DNA from: Stegostoma tigrinum
Lineage: Eukaryota
Length of the DNA stretch: 64,000 nucleotides
Direction: 5' to 3'
Assembly (NCBI RefSeq): GCF_030684315.1
Contig: NC_081366.1
Location: forward strand, 21,085,410 to 21,149,409
Shown: piece after piece, positions 13,426 through 26,149 of the stretch
Layout of the letters: each line of letters starts with the position of its first letter
Numbering within the stretch: position 1 is the first letter of the stretch
The notes under the pieces: model-generated
What the model saw: only the letters and a program-made list of their open reading frames with translations
What the model was told of the DNA's origin: nothing
Databases searched by the model: none
Made by a program: the position numbers and the translations under genes

Positions 13426-14720
13426 TCTGCTATTTACACCTGTCTGGCTGACAGCCATCAGTTGTCATGGAGTCACTGGGGTAGACATCAGCGGCTGGAG
13501 CTCAGAGCTTACATCCAGCCGCACTCCTGCGCTCTTATTTAATCTATTTCTCAAGTTCTCCAAACCCTCGGACTTAGTTATTTTTTCTTCCCACAGTGTT
13601 GGTACTTATTCCTGCTCCCAGACCCTCCCTCCTCCTGTTCCGCCAGATAAAAGAGAAACCGAGGCAGTGCGAAGCTGTTCCACTGTTTGGCTCTCTCCAC
13701 TATATATATGTACATTATTTTTTTCTCTTCTCTTTGAAGCTCTGACATTTCGGAGGTTTCTATATTTCTCTCTCTCTCCCGTTTATATATTTTTTTGCCT
13801 GTTTTCTCCGGGCGGCTGGAGAGTTGCAATCTCCCAAAGCCGGCTCCGGTCATGCCCGAGGCTCGCTTCAACTCCAGCACCGCGCTGCCTTCTTCCACAG
13901 CGGGGTCATAGACAGGGAACTGTCCTGCTCACAACCCAGCGCATTACCCACCCCCACCCCCCCCGCACCCCTCCCCACACCTCCTCTTCCCAGCTCTCTG
14001 CACCTTCCCATCCCCTCTTACTGCCTCGCTCGCCCTTTCCTATCGCTTGTTTGTTTATTTCATTCCACCTCTTGCATTTCATCGCTCTCTCTACCCCATC
14101 CATTTCATTCCTTCCACCTTCCTGCTTTCTCTTTCGTTTCATTCCTCCGCCCCCCCCCCTTTTTTTCGCTTCCCTTCCTCTTCTTTTATCCCTCCCTCTT
14201 TCATCCCCCCTCCCTCTCTCTCTGTCGGATCTCCCCGCCCTCCGCCTCTCCTCTCCCTCTCTCTGCCTATCTGCCTCCAGTCCAGAGGAGTCAGCGAGGT
14301 CAAAGACGGGACTTGGCTATTTCTCTCACCCGCTGCAGCCGCTGATACCGGAATCCGGGAGGAACTGGCGAGCGATCTGGCGGTGTGCGGCCGCTCTCCG
14401 GCTCCGTCGGCGTCTTCGTCTCCTTGCAGTCGGAGGGCGAGGCGAGCCCAGGGGGCAGTCCAGCGCCAAGCCCCGGACATGTTGCTTGCCAACGCGGCCA
14501 AACCCAAGAACTTCCCGGCGGAGACAGGTAGGTGCTCAGCTCTCGCATCGTTCAGTCAATCCATCAACCCTGCTGACTGGCTCGGGCTGAGCGACAAACT
14601 GTAGCCTCTTGGAATATTCTCGGAGAGAGAGAGAGAGAAGAAAGATTTTAGTTCTGGTAGCCATCCCGAATTCATGTTCTCGTTGTACCCATGCAGTGCG
14701 TTCGAGACGGGTTGTAAAAG
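13300..14720 (+). promoter_or_regulatory. CpG-island promoter and long first exon (candidate TSS ~13460; exon ends at 14527)
   Basis: GC- and CpG-rich segment peaking at 14280-14600. TATA-like 'ctatttac' at 13430 lies ~29 nt before an Inr-like TCAGTT at 13458. Pyrimidine-rich UTR-like stretch. Strong donor CAG|GTAGGT at 14527/14528. Confidence 0.7.
14479..14527 (+). CDS. Candidate first coding segment (MLLANAAKPKNFPAET + 1 nt) of an unidentified gene; could be an in-frame upstream extension
   Basis: ATG at 14479 (G at -3), 49 nt before the donor (phase 1). Joins in frame to the 51329-51360 exon. No homolog recognised. Confidence 0.45.
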
Positions 14721-15756
14721 AGGCAATTGCCTTCCCCTTCCATCAAAAAAGTTAAATGAGAAACTGGAACTGTTTTTGTTGCCACTTGTATTCTGCTGAA
14801 TTGAGCGCTTTTTTCTTAACATTGAATGTTTCTCCGGATTCCAGTTCCGGACTATCGGGGGTTGGTAAGGCTGTGGGAGAGCTTTTCCTGACTCTGCAGC
14901 TTGCCAACACAATTAGACAAGCATCATTTCACTCTTCCACCTTTAACATGTCTTCTCAAAGCCAATTTCAGCAATTCATTTTTATTTATATATGAAATAG
15001 GATTTTACTATTAAGATTTAATGGCTGTCCTTCTCCAGAAGGTGATCTTTTGCTGATGTTAGGTGGTGTCGTTGTCCGGAGGATTCTCCGCAAACTGCGA
15101 GCACTGTTTACAATTTGTGGTTCGCGCTGTTGATGTCCTTGCTTTGTCATCTCAACGTGGGGACAAGTGATGTTCGGTGTCTCGTTACTATAATGCGGGA
15201 TTTCATTTTCCAAATTGCGTAGCAAGTTATGGAGTAAGAATATGGCAATGAACTGCCGCTTGTAAGCAGTTCTACCACCTCTTGCATGATCCTTAACGAT
15301 AAAGAAAACCCAGACCAAGCAGATGTTTAAGCGAACATTTAGGCTAAATTCTCCTTCTTTCATAAGGAGGTAATAAGTCGAAACGGTTAAAAATTATGAA
15401 CTTCCCAAATGACAACCTATTCCTTTTAAATTCTTCAATTAGTTTAATTGGTTTAGAGAACGGTGTCCCATTGGATTCACTGCCTTCTCTGGTAGGAGTC
15501 TGTTAAATGCCTGTCATGTCATGTTACAAGTCCCTGTTTCAACAAACTTGTTACAATTAAATTATTCATTTATATTCAATTTTAAGAGAAGAAATCTAAC
15601 GAACAAGAGGGAATAAATTGGAGAAAGTTTATATTTCTCCATTTAACTCTCAAACCACTGCATGTTAAAGCTTCTTGAAACTTTTTTTTAAAAAGTGCAG
15701 TTTGCACCTCCACGCTATGAACGATGGGGTTTATTATGTCAAATACCAAATATTTT

Positions 15757-15896
15757 GAAAACCAAAACAACTGTGGATGCTGTAAATCAGGAACAAAAAC
15801 AAAGTTGCTGGAAAAGCTCAGCAGATCTGGCAATATCTGTGAAGAAAAAAAATCAGAGTTAACGTTTTCGAGCTGAGGAAGGGTCAACGAACCTTA
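15757..15896 (-). mobile_element. PLE terminal-repeat-derived insertion with an inversion inside the hammerhead core
   Basis: 12-bp direct repeat accaaatatttt at 15745-15756 and 15897-15908. The minus-strand half ('agagttaacgttttcg') is followed by the + strand 5' half of the core ('ctgaggaagggtc'). Confidence 0.85.
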
Positions 15897-16872
15897 ACCA
15901 AATATTTTAAGGTAGAATTGAGGGAACAAAGTGTTTTCTGTGAATCTAACTTATAACATTCCCCTTCCTTTTGAAACTTAAAAAGGAACTTTTTCTTGAT
16001 GTTTTGTTTATGACAATTCTGACCAAGCTTTGAGTGTCCTGTGCACAAAAGTGTAAGTAATTCAACTTAACAGTGGTGGTGTGGTGAAATCTTGTATTTT
16101 TCTTTGATAACTGAAATTACGGTGATCATAGTGTTTTAGGTGATTGTCAAAACTGATGGTGTGTTTTATTCTGAGAAGGGGGCAAGGGAATGTCAGTATT
16201 GACAGCAATGTAGAGCGAGGAAAATCTTTTATATCGAGCCTAAAAATATAGAATTTTGACCTGTTCTTTAAAAGCAGTGCTGTCTGAACAGAAATGTTCT
16301 GAAAACACTGTAATAAATTTAATAATTTTATATCTCCTTATAATGGGCATTGAAATTAGCTTTTCACATTTAAGGAATGCAGGCAGCTTCAACATAAATT
16401 AATCTAACGAGTAGCACCACACTCTAATTACAATAGTGACAGTAATACAACATTTTTTAAATATAAAGGGTGACACTGTTTTGAATGTAGATAGATACAT
16501 CATGGATCAAAATCTCCATTTAGCCCTTAACAAATTCAGGATGGAAACATCCATTTATCCGGGGTGGAATGCTTGGATAACCAACATTTACCTAAAAGTT
16601 CATTTATATATTCATCTTTTGGCAGTGCAGAAATTAAGTTGCCGTTTTAATGAAGGATGTGGCTGACAAATCAGGAAATGTTAGGAATTATTGCTTATTT
16701 GGAATGCGGTTATAGGTTCTACTAATGAATAGTTGCTGATAAAAACACAAAAGGTTCTTCTAACCATTCTCCTCAAAACAACAATAGTGTGAAAGTGACT
16801 TGATGCAATGTCGATTTTCATTTATTACACTCATTCATAGAAAAGTTTGGTCTTCACTCTTAGCCATTTGAT

Positions 16873-16979
16873 ACAAAAACAGAAATTGCTGGAAAAGCTC
16901 AACAGGTCTGGCAGCATCTGCAGAGAGAAATCAGAGTTAACATTTCGGGTCAAGTGACCCTTCCTCAGAATCAAGGAGA
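16873..16979 (-). mobile_element. 107-bp PLE terminal-repeat-derived insertion carrying a hammerhead core
   Basis: Perfect 13-bp TSD ttagccatttgat at 16860-16872 and 16980-16992. Confidence 0.9.
16935..16971 (-). ncRNA. Minimal type-I hammerhead ribozyme motif (near-intact core)
   Basis: Minus strand reads ATT-CTGAGGA-A-GGGTC-ACTT-GACCC-GAAA-TG-TT-AACT. Stem II is a perfect 5 bp, the stem III palindrome is CpG-decayed (ACGT>ATGT), and stem I is only 2 bp in this copy. Confidence 0.65.
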
Positions 16980-17244
16980 TTAGCCATTTGATGTTGCCTG
17001 CACCGGCAGCAACATTCATTTTATGATCCATTGACTTCTACCCCTGCCTTCAGCAATCCTATATTCTTGGTCACTGGTTCTAAGGGGTTATTGATGGATA
17101 TAAAATTCTTATAATAATTTGAGTTTTGTTTTCAATAGCACCTTTCCAACCTTGCATTCCTTTTCATCGATTAATTAGATACGTAGCACTTAAATGCTTA
17201 AAACAGTTTTGTCAAATTTACGCACCATTTTAATAATGGTGTTA

Positions 17245-17420
17245 TTTTTTCTCAAAATTCACTTAGTGGATATAATTGTTATTGCCTGCCAGCATTTACT
17301 GCCCAGTTGTAGTTTTGCTTGAGAAAGTGGTGGTGAATTCCTTTCTTGAACTGGTGCCGTCCATATTCTGTTGGTAGATCCACCATGCCATTCGGGTGGG
17401 AATTCTCAGATTTTGACCCA
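17245..17420 (-). mobile_element. 3' tail of the 1370-3710 LINE family
   Basis: 'gccagcatttactgccc...ttgagaaagtggtggtg...ttcttgaact' is the reverse complement of that family's 3' end. Confidence 0.6.
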
Positions 17421-17744
17421 ATTGTGTTCAAATAACTGTTTTAAAAACTTAATGTACTTCAATGCCAATTTTCAAAATTGCATGGTGGCATATTCCTCAA
17501 TATGTTTCAACTGTCTCACATCCATGAAGTATTTGTTTTCACTCTTTTGTGCTTTGTTTCTGGTTTAACTATTTGTTTATCTGTCTGCTGTCTCCACATT
17601 CACCATACAATTTCCATATCCAATCCTGCATTGCAAATCTGTTACTACAGTTATGTACCATTACCATTCTTACGATCCAAGAATCTGATGCACAATGTGC
17701 AGCTCTGAACTCTGCTCCCAAATAGTTAGCTAAAATACGGGAAT

Positions 17745-17935
17745 AAGTACAAAACAAACTGATAAAATTCAGAAGATCAGGCAGTTTCTGTGGACAGAAA
17801 CAGAATTAGCTTTTCATGTCAACAAGACTTGAATGAAATGGTCATCAACCTGAAACATTCCTCTCCTCAGATGCTTCTGGCCTGCTAAGACTTTTTTGTT
17901 CTTGTTTCAGATTTTTGACATGTGCAATATTTATA
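17745..17935. mobile_element. Old fold-back PLE terminal-repeat element
   Basis: Two decayed inverted copies of the 16873-type repeat joined at the core ('gaaatggtcatcaacctgaaacatt'). Confidence 0.55.
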
Positions 17936-18454
17936 TTTGAGATAAAATGTAGACTTACGCACGTGCGTTTAATATTTAGTTTTGGAGTGTAAATGAAGGT
18001 AGAACATCTTAAAAGAGTAAAACATTGAGAAATAATTTGTTATAAACCTTCCAAAAACTCAAAAGATTTCTTGGATGCTTTGTCTTGTGGATATGCACTG
18101 ATATATCAGCTGAGGGTGAGACAACACATCTGAGATATTGCCTCTTGCTGGTGCACTTGAACGGTATTGCTAACTTTGCTGTTGAGTTATACAACCACTT
18201 TTGCATCAATGCACATCCAAAACCACTTTGAATTGATATGAAATTGGTATTTTATCTGCCAAACCCAACCTGACATACTTAAGATGTTAATATTCTCAAT
18301 GCATAAAATATTGCTTGTGAACACTTGGTGCGTGAAGTTATTTTGCTTTCCACATGCATTAACACAACTCACAGGGTTTGCTTACCACAGCTCGTTCTGG
18401 GGACTACAGTTACACCACATTGATTTCTGAGAGTAAAGTACAAATAATGTACAA

Positions 18455-18817
18455 ACATCATGCAATTATCTAGATGCAATAGGCCATCTGGTCCTTGAAG
18501 CCTGTTCTGACATTCAATATGATCACAGCCAACCATCAAAATCCTGTTCCCATTTCCCCCCATACCCTTTGATCCCTTTAGCTGTAGAAACTATATTTAA
18601 CACCTGATAATTATTTAATGTTCTGGTTTCAACCGCTTTCTCTGGCAGAGAATTCCACATGCTTAGCGTAAGACCAAAAAATCATGATATGTAGAAACAG
18701 AATTAGACCATTTGGCCTTTCAGGTCTGCTCAACCATTCAATCATGTCTGGTATGTTTCTCAACCCCATTCTCCTACCTTCTCTCTGTAACCCTTGATCC
18801 CCTTGCCAATCATGAAC

Positions 18818-18852
<35 letters not shown>

Positions 18853-19480
18853 CCTCCCTCTCTCTCTCTCTCACAAATACATTGAATGACCAGGCCTGTA
18901 CAACCCTCTACAACAACATGTTCCACAATTTCACCATCCTCTGGCTGAAGAAATTCCTCCTCATCACAGTTCTAAAGGGTTATCTTTTTACTCTGAGGAT
19001 GTGCCTCAGGACACAGCCTCTCCTGTTAGAGGAAGCATCTTCTCCAATGGTCATTTATCCAGGCCTCTCAGTAATTCTGTGAGTTTCAATTAGATCCCCC
19101 ATCTTTCCTTCCAAGCTCCATTGAGATCCATAGTGCTCAGCAGCTCTTCATACCAACAAGCCCTTCATCGCTGGGATCATTCATGTGCACTTCCACTGGA
19201 CCCCCTCCAATGCCAGTACATCCTTCCTTCGATATGGTCCCCAAAATTGCTCACAGTATTCTAAATGCGGTCTGACGAGAACCTTATACAGTCTCTGCAG
19301 AACATCTCTGGCTTTGCTTTCTCACTCTCTTGAAATTAATGCTTACATTACATATGCCTTCCAAACTGCCAACTGAATCTGCAAGTTAACCTTAAGATAA
19401 TCCTGAACCAGGACTCCCAGATTTCTGTAGCCTTTCCCCAAAAATAATCCTATTGAAGTGCATTACCTCACACTTTGCCA
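18455..19480 (-). mobile_element. Two adjacent or nested CR1 LINE 3' fragments with an internal (TC)n run
   Basis: Two CR1 3' ends starting at ~18455 and ~18670. Reverse-strand ORF2 C-terminal remnants such as 'ccccaaaattgctcacagtattctaaatgcggtctgac' (RPHLEYCEQFW). (TC)n at 18820-18872. Confidence 0.85.
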
Positions 19481-20864
19481 ATTTGCACTGCATCTATTAC
19501 CTGGAATTTAGAAAAATCATCATCACCTTCATACTAGTAGTCCTCGCATAAAAGTTTGCTTGCTGATGTCAAAAATGCCGATAGCTTCAGCAGATGTGTT
19601 TACTTCTACCAGTGTGAATTTTAACATCTAATAATTCACAGTTGCTTTTCTGACGACACATTGTCATTCTCCATTGTTAAGCTGCCTGTGTTATTCAGAA
19701 GAAAACTAGTTCATTGTCATTTCAAAATTGTCTTCCACCCAATCTGGAACAAGTGTGTACAAATGGTACGACAATTGCAGAAAAACTGATTTTGTGTACC
19801 CAGGGAGAAATAGGAAGTACAGAATGCAATCCCATGAAAGCCTGTGCAAATTTTTGAATCCCACATACGTAATGTAGAATTTGATTTATTGTATCATCAT
19901 AACACAGTAGCCCTGAAGATCTAACCTAATAGAAGTCTTTCTAGAAGCTCTTTGGGTGAATGCACCCAATAATATGTTGCATTAAAGTGTTACCCCATGA
20001 TAAAGTGCTACCTTGAAAGAGCAAGCTGGCTTGGATGATTGGTGTTTTTTTTGGTTTTATTGAATCAAAAGAAAGATTTATCTAAGACCTGCCTAATAGC
20101 CTCTTCAATGAGGTACTGGAGATATGCAGATGCCTGCAAAACTACACTCCAGTAAAAACAGTGAGATGGGGAACTGGAGAGAGGAAGAAAATTACTTAAT
20201 CATTTTTCCTGAAGATGTTTCACTTTCATCATACTACATGCTGGGATGGAGGAGGAGTAAACGTCATACAGGGAGCAGGGATTCTCCAGTGATTCCTTGA
20301 ATTTGCTGCAATAAATGATGCAAAATAAAGATAGGATGCAATGATGAGGAAGTGTCTCGTAGGAAAAGGAAATAATGGAATAGGAAGGAAAGTAAGAATG
20401 ACTGGAGGAAGGAAGGGTGATGGCAAAGAAAATTGAGAAGCCTTGCTTAGTTTGCACAATGAAAGTAAGCAAGCACAGGTTGCAATGGAAATACAACACA
20501 TGGGACTTGATATTACAGGTTTGCATACATCTCTTCAAATGACTGGCTGTTTGATGAAACCATAACAATAGGGGCAGGCCTTCATTTTTCAAGTAGATTG
20601 ATATGACAACTGCACAGTGAAAAATTATTTCACATGGTGAGCACAGTTATTTTAACTTTAGAGAGTTAGATGTAAATAACACTTCAGTTTAGCTTTGGGG
20701 TTCTGCATTGTGTCTTTCCAATAGCTGTTTGACAGATATTCTAATGGGCGTAGTTCACGAGCAGAAATGAACATCAGAACTGACCCTTCCAAAGTTGCTC
20801 CTGTATTATTGTCAGTCTGGTGAAATCACCTTCCAACACCAGCAGCTCCAGCAGAGTGCAGAAC

Positions 20865-21125
20865 TGCATTCACTCAACTTACGTTTGGGTAGCACCTTTG
20901 GCACAGCACATCACCCGAAGGCAGCGTCTCAGATGTTACAAAACAAAAGTTGGCACCAAGCTGCATGAGGCAGTGTTTAAGCAGACGACAAAATACTTGG
21001 TTAAAAAAGTGAGCACAGGGAGCATGTTAAGGAGACAAGAAAGGTATCAAGTGCTTCAGGGAGGTAATTCCAAAGCTTTGGGCCGAGGCTGCTGAAATTG
21101 TGACTCCCAATGGTGTAGTGATGAA
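20865..21125 (-). mobile_element. L2-type LINE 3' fragment
   Basis: 'gtagcacctt...cccgaagg...acttggttaaaaaagt...ggaggtaattccaaagctttgggcc' is an L2-like 3' end; related copies at ~34445 (+) and ~35640 (-). Confidence 0.55.
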
Positions 21126-21434
21126 TTTCCACTTCAGTTGAAGATTATCCATGTTGTCATCCAGAAAGCAGTTCTAAAAACATGTACAAACTATAGAGTG
21201 TAGTAATAATTGCATTGATGAAAACAGTTGTGGTAGAATTTTAGCTGATTCAGAGGAAATTGTATTGTACGACTAATAAATTATTAAATATTTTCAGTAC
21301 TCTTTCAGCAAGTTTGTAAAGTGTGTTTCTTGCATTGAGTTCCTGTGAAAATGTAATGAATATATGTTATCAACTCCACCCAAGCAAAATAACATCAAGT
21401 AAGTGGTGTTTTGCTATCAGAAACATTTTAATTT

Positions 21435-21690
21435 TTTGTTTAATTCTCATGGGATGTTGGTATTGTCAGCATTTATTGGCTATTCCTTGCTGTCCTTGAG
21501 GAAAATAGTGATGCGCTGCTTTCTTGAACTGCTGCAGTCTCTGTGCTATAGGTTAGAATAATTTGGGGGAGCTAGTAGCAGAGTGGTAGCATCATCACCC
21601 GTAATCTGGACACCCAGACAAATGCTCTGTGGTTATGAGTTCAAATCCCACCATAGCAGCAAATGGAATTTAAAACTAATAAAAAAACTT
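21435..21690. mobile_element. LINE 3' tail (minus, 21435-21560) followed by a truncated tRNA-SINE head (plus, 21565-21690)
   Basis: The tail resembles 17245 and 49100. The head 'gagtggtag...ccagacaaatgctctg...tgagttcaaatcccaccatagcagcaaatggaatttaaa' resembles the SINE at 39021. Confidence 0.6.
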
Positions 21691-23039
21691 TTAATTTGCC
21701 ATTATTTAATTCAGTTCTGCTCATGATAACCTTTTAACTGTTTACATCAGTCAAATCATTTCTTTCATCAAAGTACACAATGAATTGCAAAGTTCACTAG
21801 TATCTTTAACTGTCAGTGCTACATAATAATAAATTCCTGTACTGAGATGAGGCTCTGAATTGGGGTGAGATGAAAATTAAAACTGAAACCAGTGCATAAA
21901 TGAATCCCGTTCATATTGAACTTCCTATCCGAGTCAGCATTGCACAGTGTAATCTTTATGGACTTTCTAATTGAGGAAATAACTTCAGGTGTCGAGCTAT
22001 GGAAGTTAGGCTATGGATTCACATCCACTGTAAAATAGGATTACTGAATGTAACCTAAGTTTAATTTTGGAATTTTGAATTGACCCTGATCCTGGAAGTG
22101 AGAGGAGAAGAGTCCCAATTGGTTATGGAGCTCATTCCCCCTTGAGGGTATGAATTTAATGAGGCTGAGCAGTACAAGTCCAATGCGTTGTTAACTTAAT
22201 TGCAGTTTGATTATTTATCAGTCACATATTTTGCAGAGTAGTTTAGAATAATCATTTGAGAGATATTTGATTATCCAAATGTCGCTAGGGTGGTTGAATG
22301 TCTTCCCTTTTTTCCACTCCTTGTTCAACAACAATTGGGTTTTGGAGGAGGTTATCACTCACCAATTCACTGTGTATGTATTGCGATCATATAACAAAAA
22401 AACATGAACAGACAGATTTTCTTGAGTTTTAAAATGAAAAAAGGAAAGCTTATTGTATTTATTGCAGCCTAAGTAAACTGTAAAAATTTCTGATTAACAC
22501 AATGCAAGTTCATTGTCACATATGTATTATAGAGTTGGAGGATAGACGAAGCAATTTAAAGTGTAGTAAATTTAAAGGTGCGAACAGCGTTTAAAGGTTG
22601 ATGGCTTGGTTGCTTTCTGACAAAATGTGGTGGTCTTTCTGTTTTTGACGTACGGGTGGTTTAAAGATGTAACCTTATGTATTCTTCTGGAGATGGGAGC
22701 TGCTGTGTTGCGTTCTTTTTTTGTAATACAATAGCAGTTAAAGTCAGCAGGTGGAGTTCCAAACTTTCAAGTTGGCTAGAAAGAGGAGAAATACACACTT
22801 TTTATTCTTCAAATTCTCATTTCGTTGTCCTAGCTTAAATGTACCAAAGGCTAAGTAGCTTATTACATAACCTTACCCCTCCAGCTGACCCGTATTCTAA
22901 ATATGGTCATGGTGTGTATATTCCAATTGTGCGCTTTACATGAAATTCTGGCCGGGACAAATTCCTTTCATAGCCAAAGTTCCATTCTATAAAGTAACAT
23001 GGATAATGATTTTATAAATCCAATTGATTAGTCAGGTTT

Positions 23040-23217
23040 GAAAAAACACAGTTCAGTGCTGAAAGAACCCAGCATGTTTGGCAACGTCTCTAGAAAGAGA
23101 AACAGAGTTAGTATTTACGTACAAAATTACTCTTCTTTAGTTCAAAATGTTTACCTGTTTCTGTGTCCACAGCTGCTGCCAGACCTGCTGAGTTTCTCTG
23201 TCACTTTGCTTTTATTT
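23040..23217. mobile_element. Old fold-back PLE terminal-repeat element
   Basis: Inverted arms 'cagcatgtttggcaac...agaaacagagtta' and 'tttacctgtttct...gctgccagacctgctgagtttctc'. Confidence 0.6.
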
Positions 23218-26149
23218 GAGCAGTCAAATGATTGCGCTGATACTTTGCTAATGGTATTGGAAGTAGTCCGCATTCATATTTTTGCAACACAGTTGGTCTT
23301 GGTATGGCTTTGCAGACAAGTTGTTTGTCTCCATTTCAGTGGGATTGGAACATAGAAGATACAGTGATGCAAATATGCAGCCATGTTTAAATGTGATCTC
23401 AAGTTATTGGAATATAAGTTTAGCTGTTAAAAAATGGCTTCAAACACTAAGTTTTAAACAGCACTTTTTGAAAAGCATAACTTCGTAACAACACCATTGG
23501 TCGGGGTGATTGTTAAATGGAAATAATGCTGAGCAACTTAGCATTTTTATACTGAATGAAATGAACACTGAGCATCTGTTAATTTAAGAACTGTTTACTG
23601 TGCTGTTTAATGTGAATCAGAAGAATATTGTCATAGCAACCACAAGTAAATTGATTGCCAAAGATTCTGGAGTCTGTCTCACGAGTGAACAATTCTAACT
23701 AGCAAGATCACTTCTTGTTAGACGATGCATTACATATCTTAGTAATCCAGCACAGTTTTCTTTCTTCATTTTGTCCTCCTGATTATTCAGTTGTGATAGC
23801 TGGATTAAAGAGACATTTTGTTTCTGACATTTTCATCTCATAACAAAGACTTACGATCTGTTAAAAGGTAGAGAAAGTTAAATATGGGCATGAACGCTGA
23901 TCCTTCAATCACCTTTTCCTGATCTGACCCTCCTGAGTGTTATTCTCCTTAAACAATAGCATCACCACTACATAGTCAGGCAGTTTTGCTGATGAGGCCA
24001 GGTGGCCTTAACAGCACAATACCACATTGATGTCTAAAGCTTTATTATTAATCCAAAATACCATTATTGAAACCTATATTTAAACATGAAAATGATTCAG
24101 AAGAAGAATAAAATATAGCAACTCCACAGATAAAGCTTTTTTTTTCACAGTGTGAACGTAAAGCTGCAGCCAAATTGAAATGCACATGGAATTTTCCGAC
24201 CAGTTTCACTTATCATCCAAAACTACCTTATATGGTATCGCTGCCCTTTTAGTTTCTGATAAGCAAGCCATAACATTGTTTGCCCATCGGCAAGACTAAA
24301 AAGTAATTACTCTTTTTTTTTACACCTATTCATTGAGAAATGGTGCAGAATTTGAATGGCAATGTGCTTGTTACATTTCACAGCAAATTTATGTGAAGAA
24401 CATTAATTGCCGGGGAGTATTGTCAGCAAAACTCAACTTACTTTGATAATAAATTGGCAGCCTCTCTGCATTTAGTTTCACTTTATCTCTTTCTTCCAGA
24501 AGTAAAAGTGCATCTTAGCTCAAATTTTTTTATCAGTTTTCCTGTCCAATGAATTGTTCATCACAGGCATGCTATTTATCCTCATATAGCTCCAGTGTTC
24601 ATTTAACCTGCAATAAAAAATCTCCATTCATTCCTCTGCGTGTGCAAAATCACTTGTTTTCAGCAATTTGTATAATTCTTGACTTTGATTTGGGACTTAA
24701 ATTTAGGCTTTTTTTCTGATAATGACATCCTCATGGTCCTGTGTCCTGTTCCATCTCTGTCGATCCTCTTCTCTATTTCCTGAGAAGAAGCAAATTCTGT
24801 AACTGATTAAATTGGAGGTAACCTTCTGAATGGGATCTTGGTGATTTTCTTCAACTCTCCACTAGGAGGAGCCAAGAGAATGGCTCAATGATTACTGCCC
24901 AATTTTTCTTTTCTGACACCACAAATGTAGCAGAGCAGATGATGGAGATTACATTCTAACTGCGGTCATTGTCTTTATGTTGATGTTTTGTCATGCTTTA
25001 CTGTCAATATTTTATTTGACTAATTGATTTTAAAGTGCCATTTAAGGAAGAAATAATACTGGAACAACTAAGCATTATGTAATAATAATTTGGCAGGTGG
25101 TTATTTTGTTAACTTATTTTCCTCTGGCTTTTGACAAGTAATTCTTTACATTACGCAATGTAAAGAGGAGGCTAGTGAAATAGTTACTTTATCATTTATA
25201 ATCGAGGAGAAATCAGATGTCATAAAACTGAAAACTGAAGAACTGAAGAATATCAAAAAGTATCAACAAATCTTTTGACGTTAGCCATTGAGCAAAACCC
25301 TGACTCCATTTATACAGCTGTGTACAATATATGGATATACAAAAGCAAAACAAAAACTCATTTAATGCTGAGATTGAAATCATTCTCTAAAGAAACCAGA
25401 GTGTGAATATGCTATCCAGATTACTATCACAAAAAAATCATTTTTTCTCTCACCTTGGTCAGTTAAATCAACCAGAGATGTATTATGTTATATCATGCAG
25501 CACACCATTAGCCTATCCCTGAGACGTAATCTATTGTTGTCACTGCTCCTACACACATATAATCAATGCTAATGAACTCCAGGTTTCCATCCCTGACCAG
25601 TACCTGTTTGGCCATGTCTCCTGGCAACATTTTTTATTAACATGTTGTCAACTTCCACTTATATGCAAATGGCGCCCAGCTTTAGCTGTCTATCAGACTC
25701 AGTTGCAACACTGTAATGTTCTCAATGTATCTCACTGATGAGCAAAAATGTCTGTCGAACATCAAGTGTGATCCTTGTATACGATATAAGATCCTTACAT
25801 GTTATATGTTAATGAATTTGTTTGACTTCTCATTCAGTGAAGGTGAAATATTTTTGTGGTGCTGTTCCCTTTTTGGGGAGGATGGACTGAATTGCATTTG
25901 TTGTGTCAGCTCATCGACATCAACATGCAACTATCTGAACTTCCGTCTGTTTACTGAGCTGTACTGCCTGCCTTCCCCTTTGCATATTTTCACAAAGTTT
26001 GTTTATATCCTTGACAGAACCCTCTGTTTTACTGACTCCAATCTACCACAAGTGTCTCCATTTTATTTGGTATACAGAATTTCATTCAACACTCCAAAAT
26101 TATTTTTTCTAAAGCCTTCTGTCTCCGTTCCGTGACTTTAATAAGTAAT

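Noticed and set aside
13667-14590. 307-aa ORF (and overlapping 173- and 185-aa ORFs) over the CpG island
   Set aside because: Low-complexity Pro/Leu/Ser translation of a pyrimidine and GC tract that lacks stops by composition; non-ATG starts; no domain.
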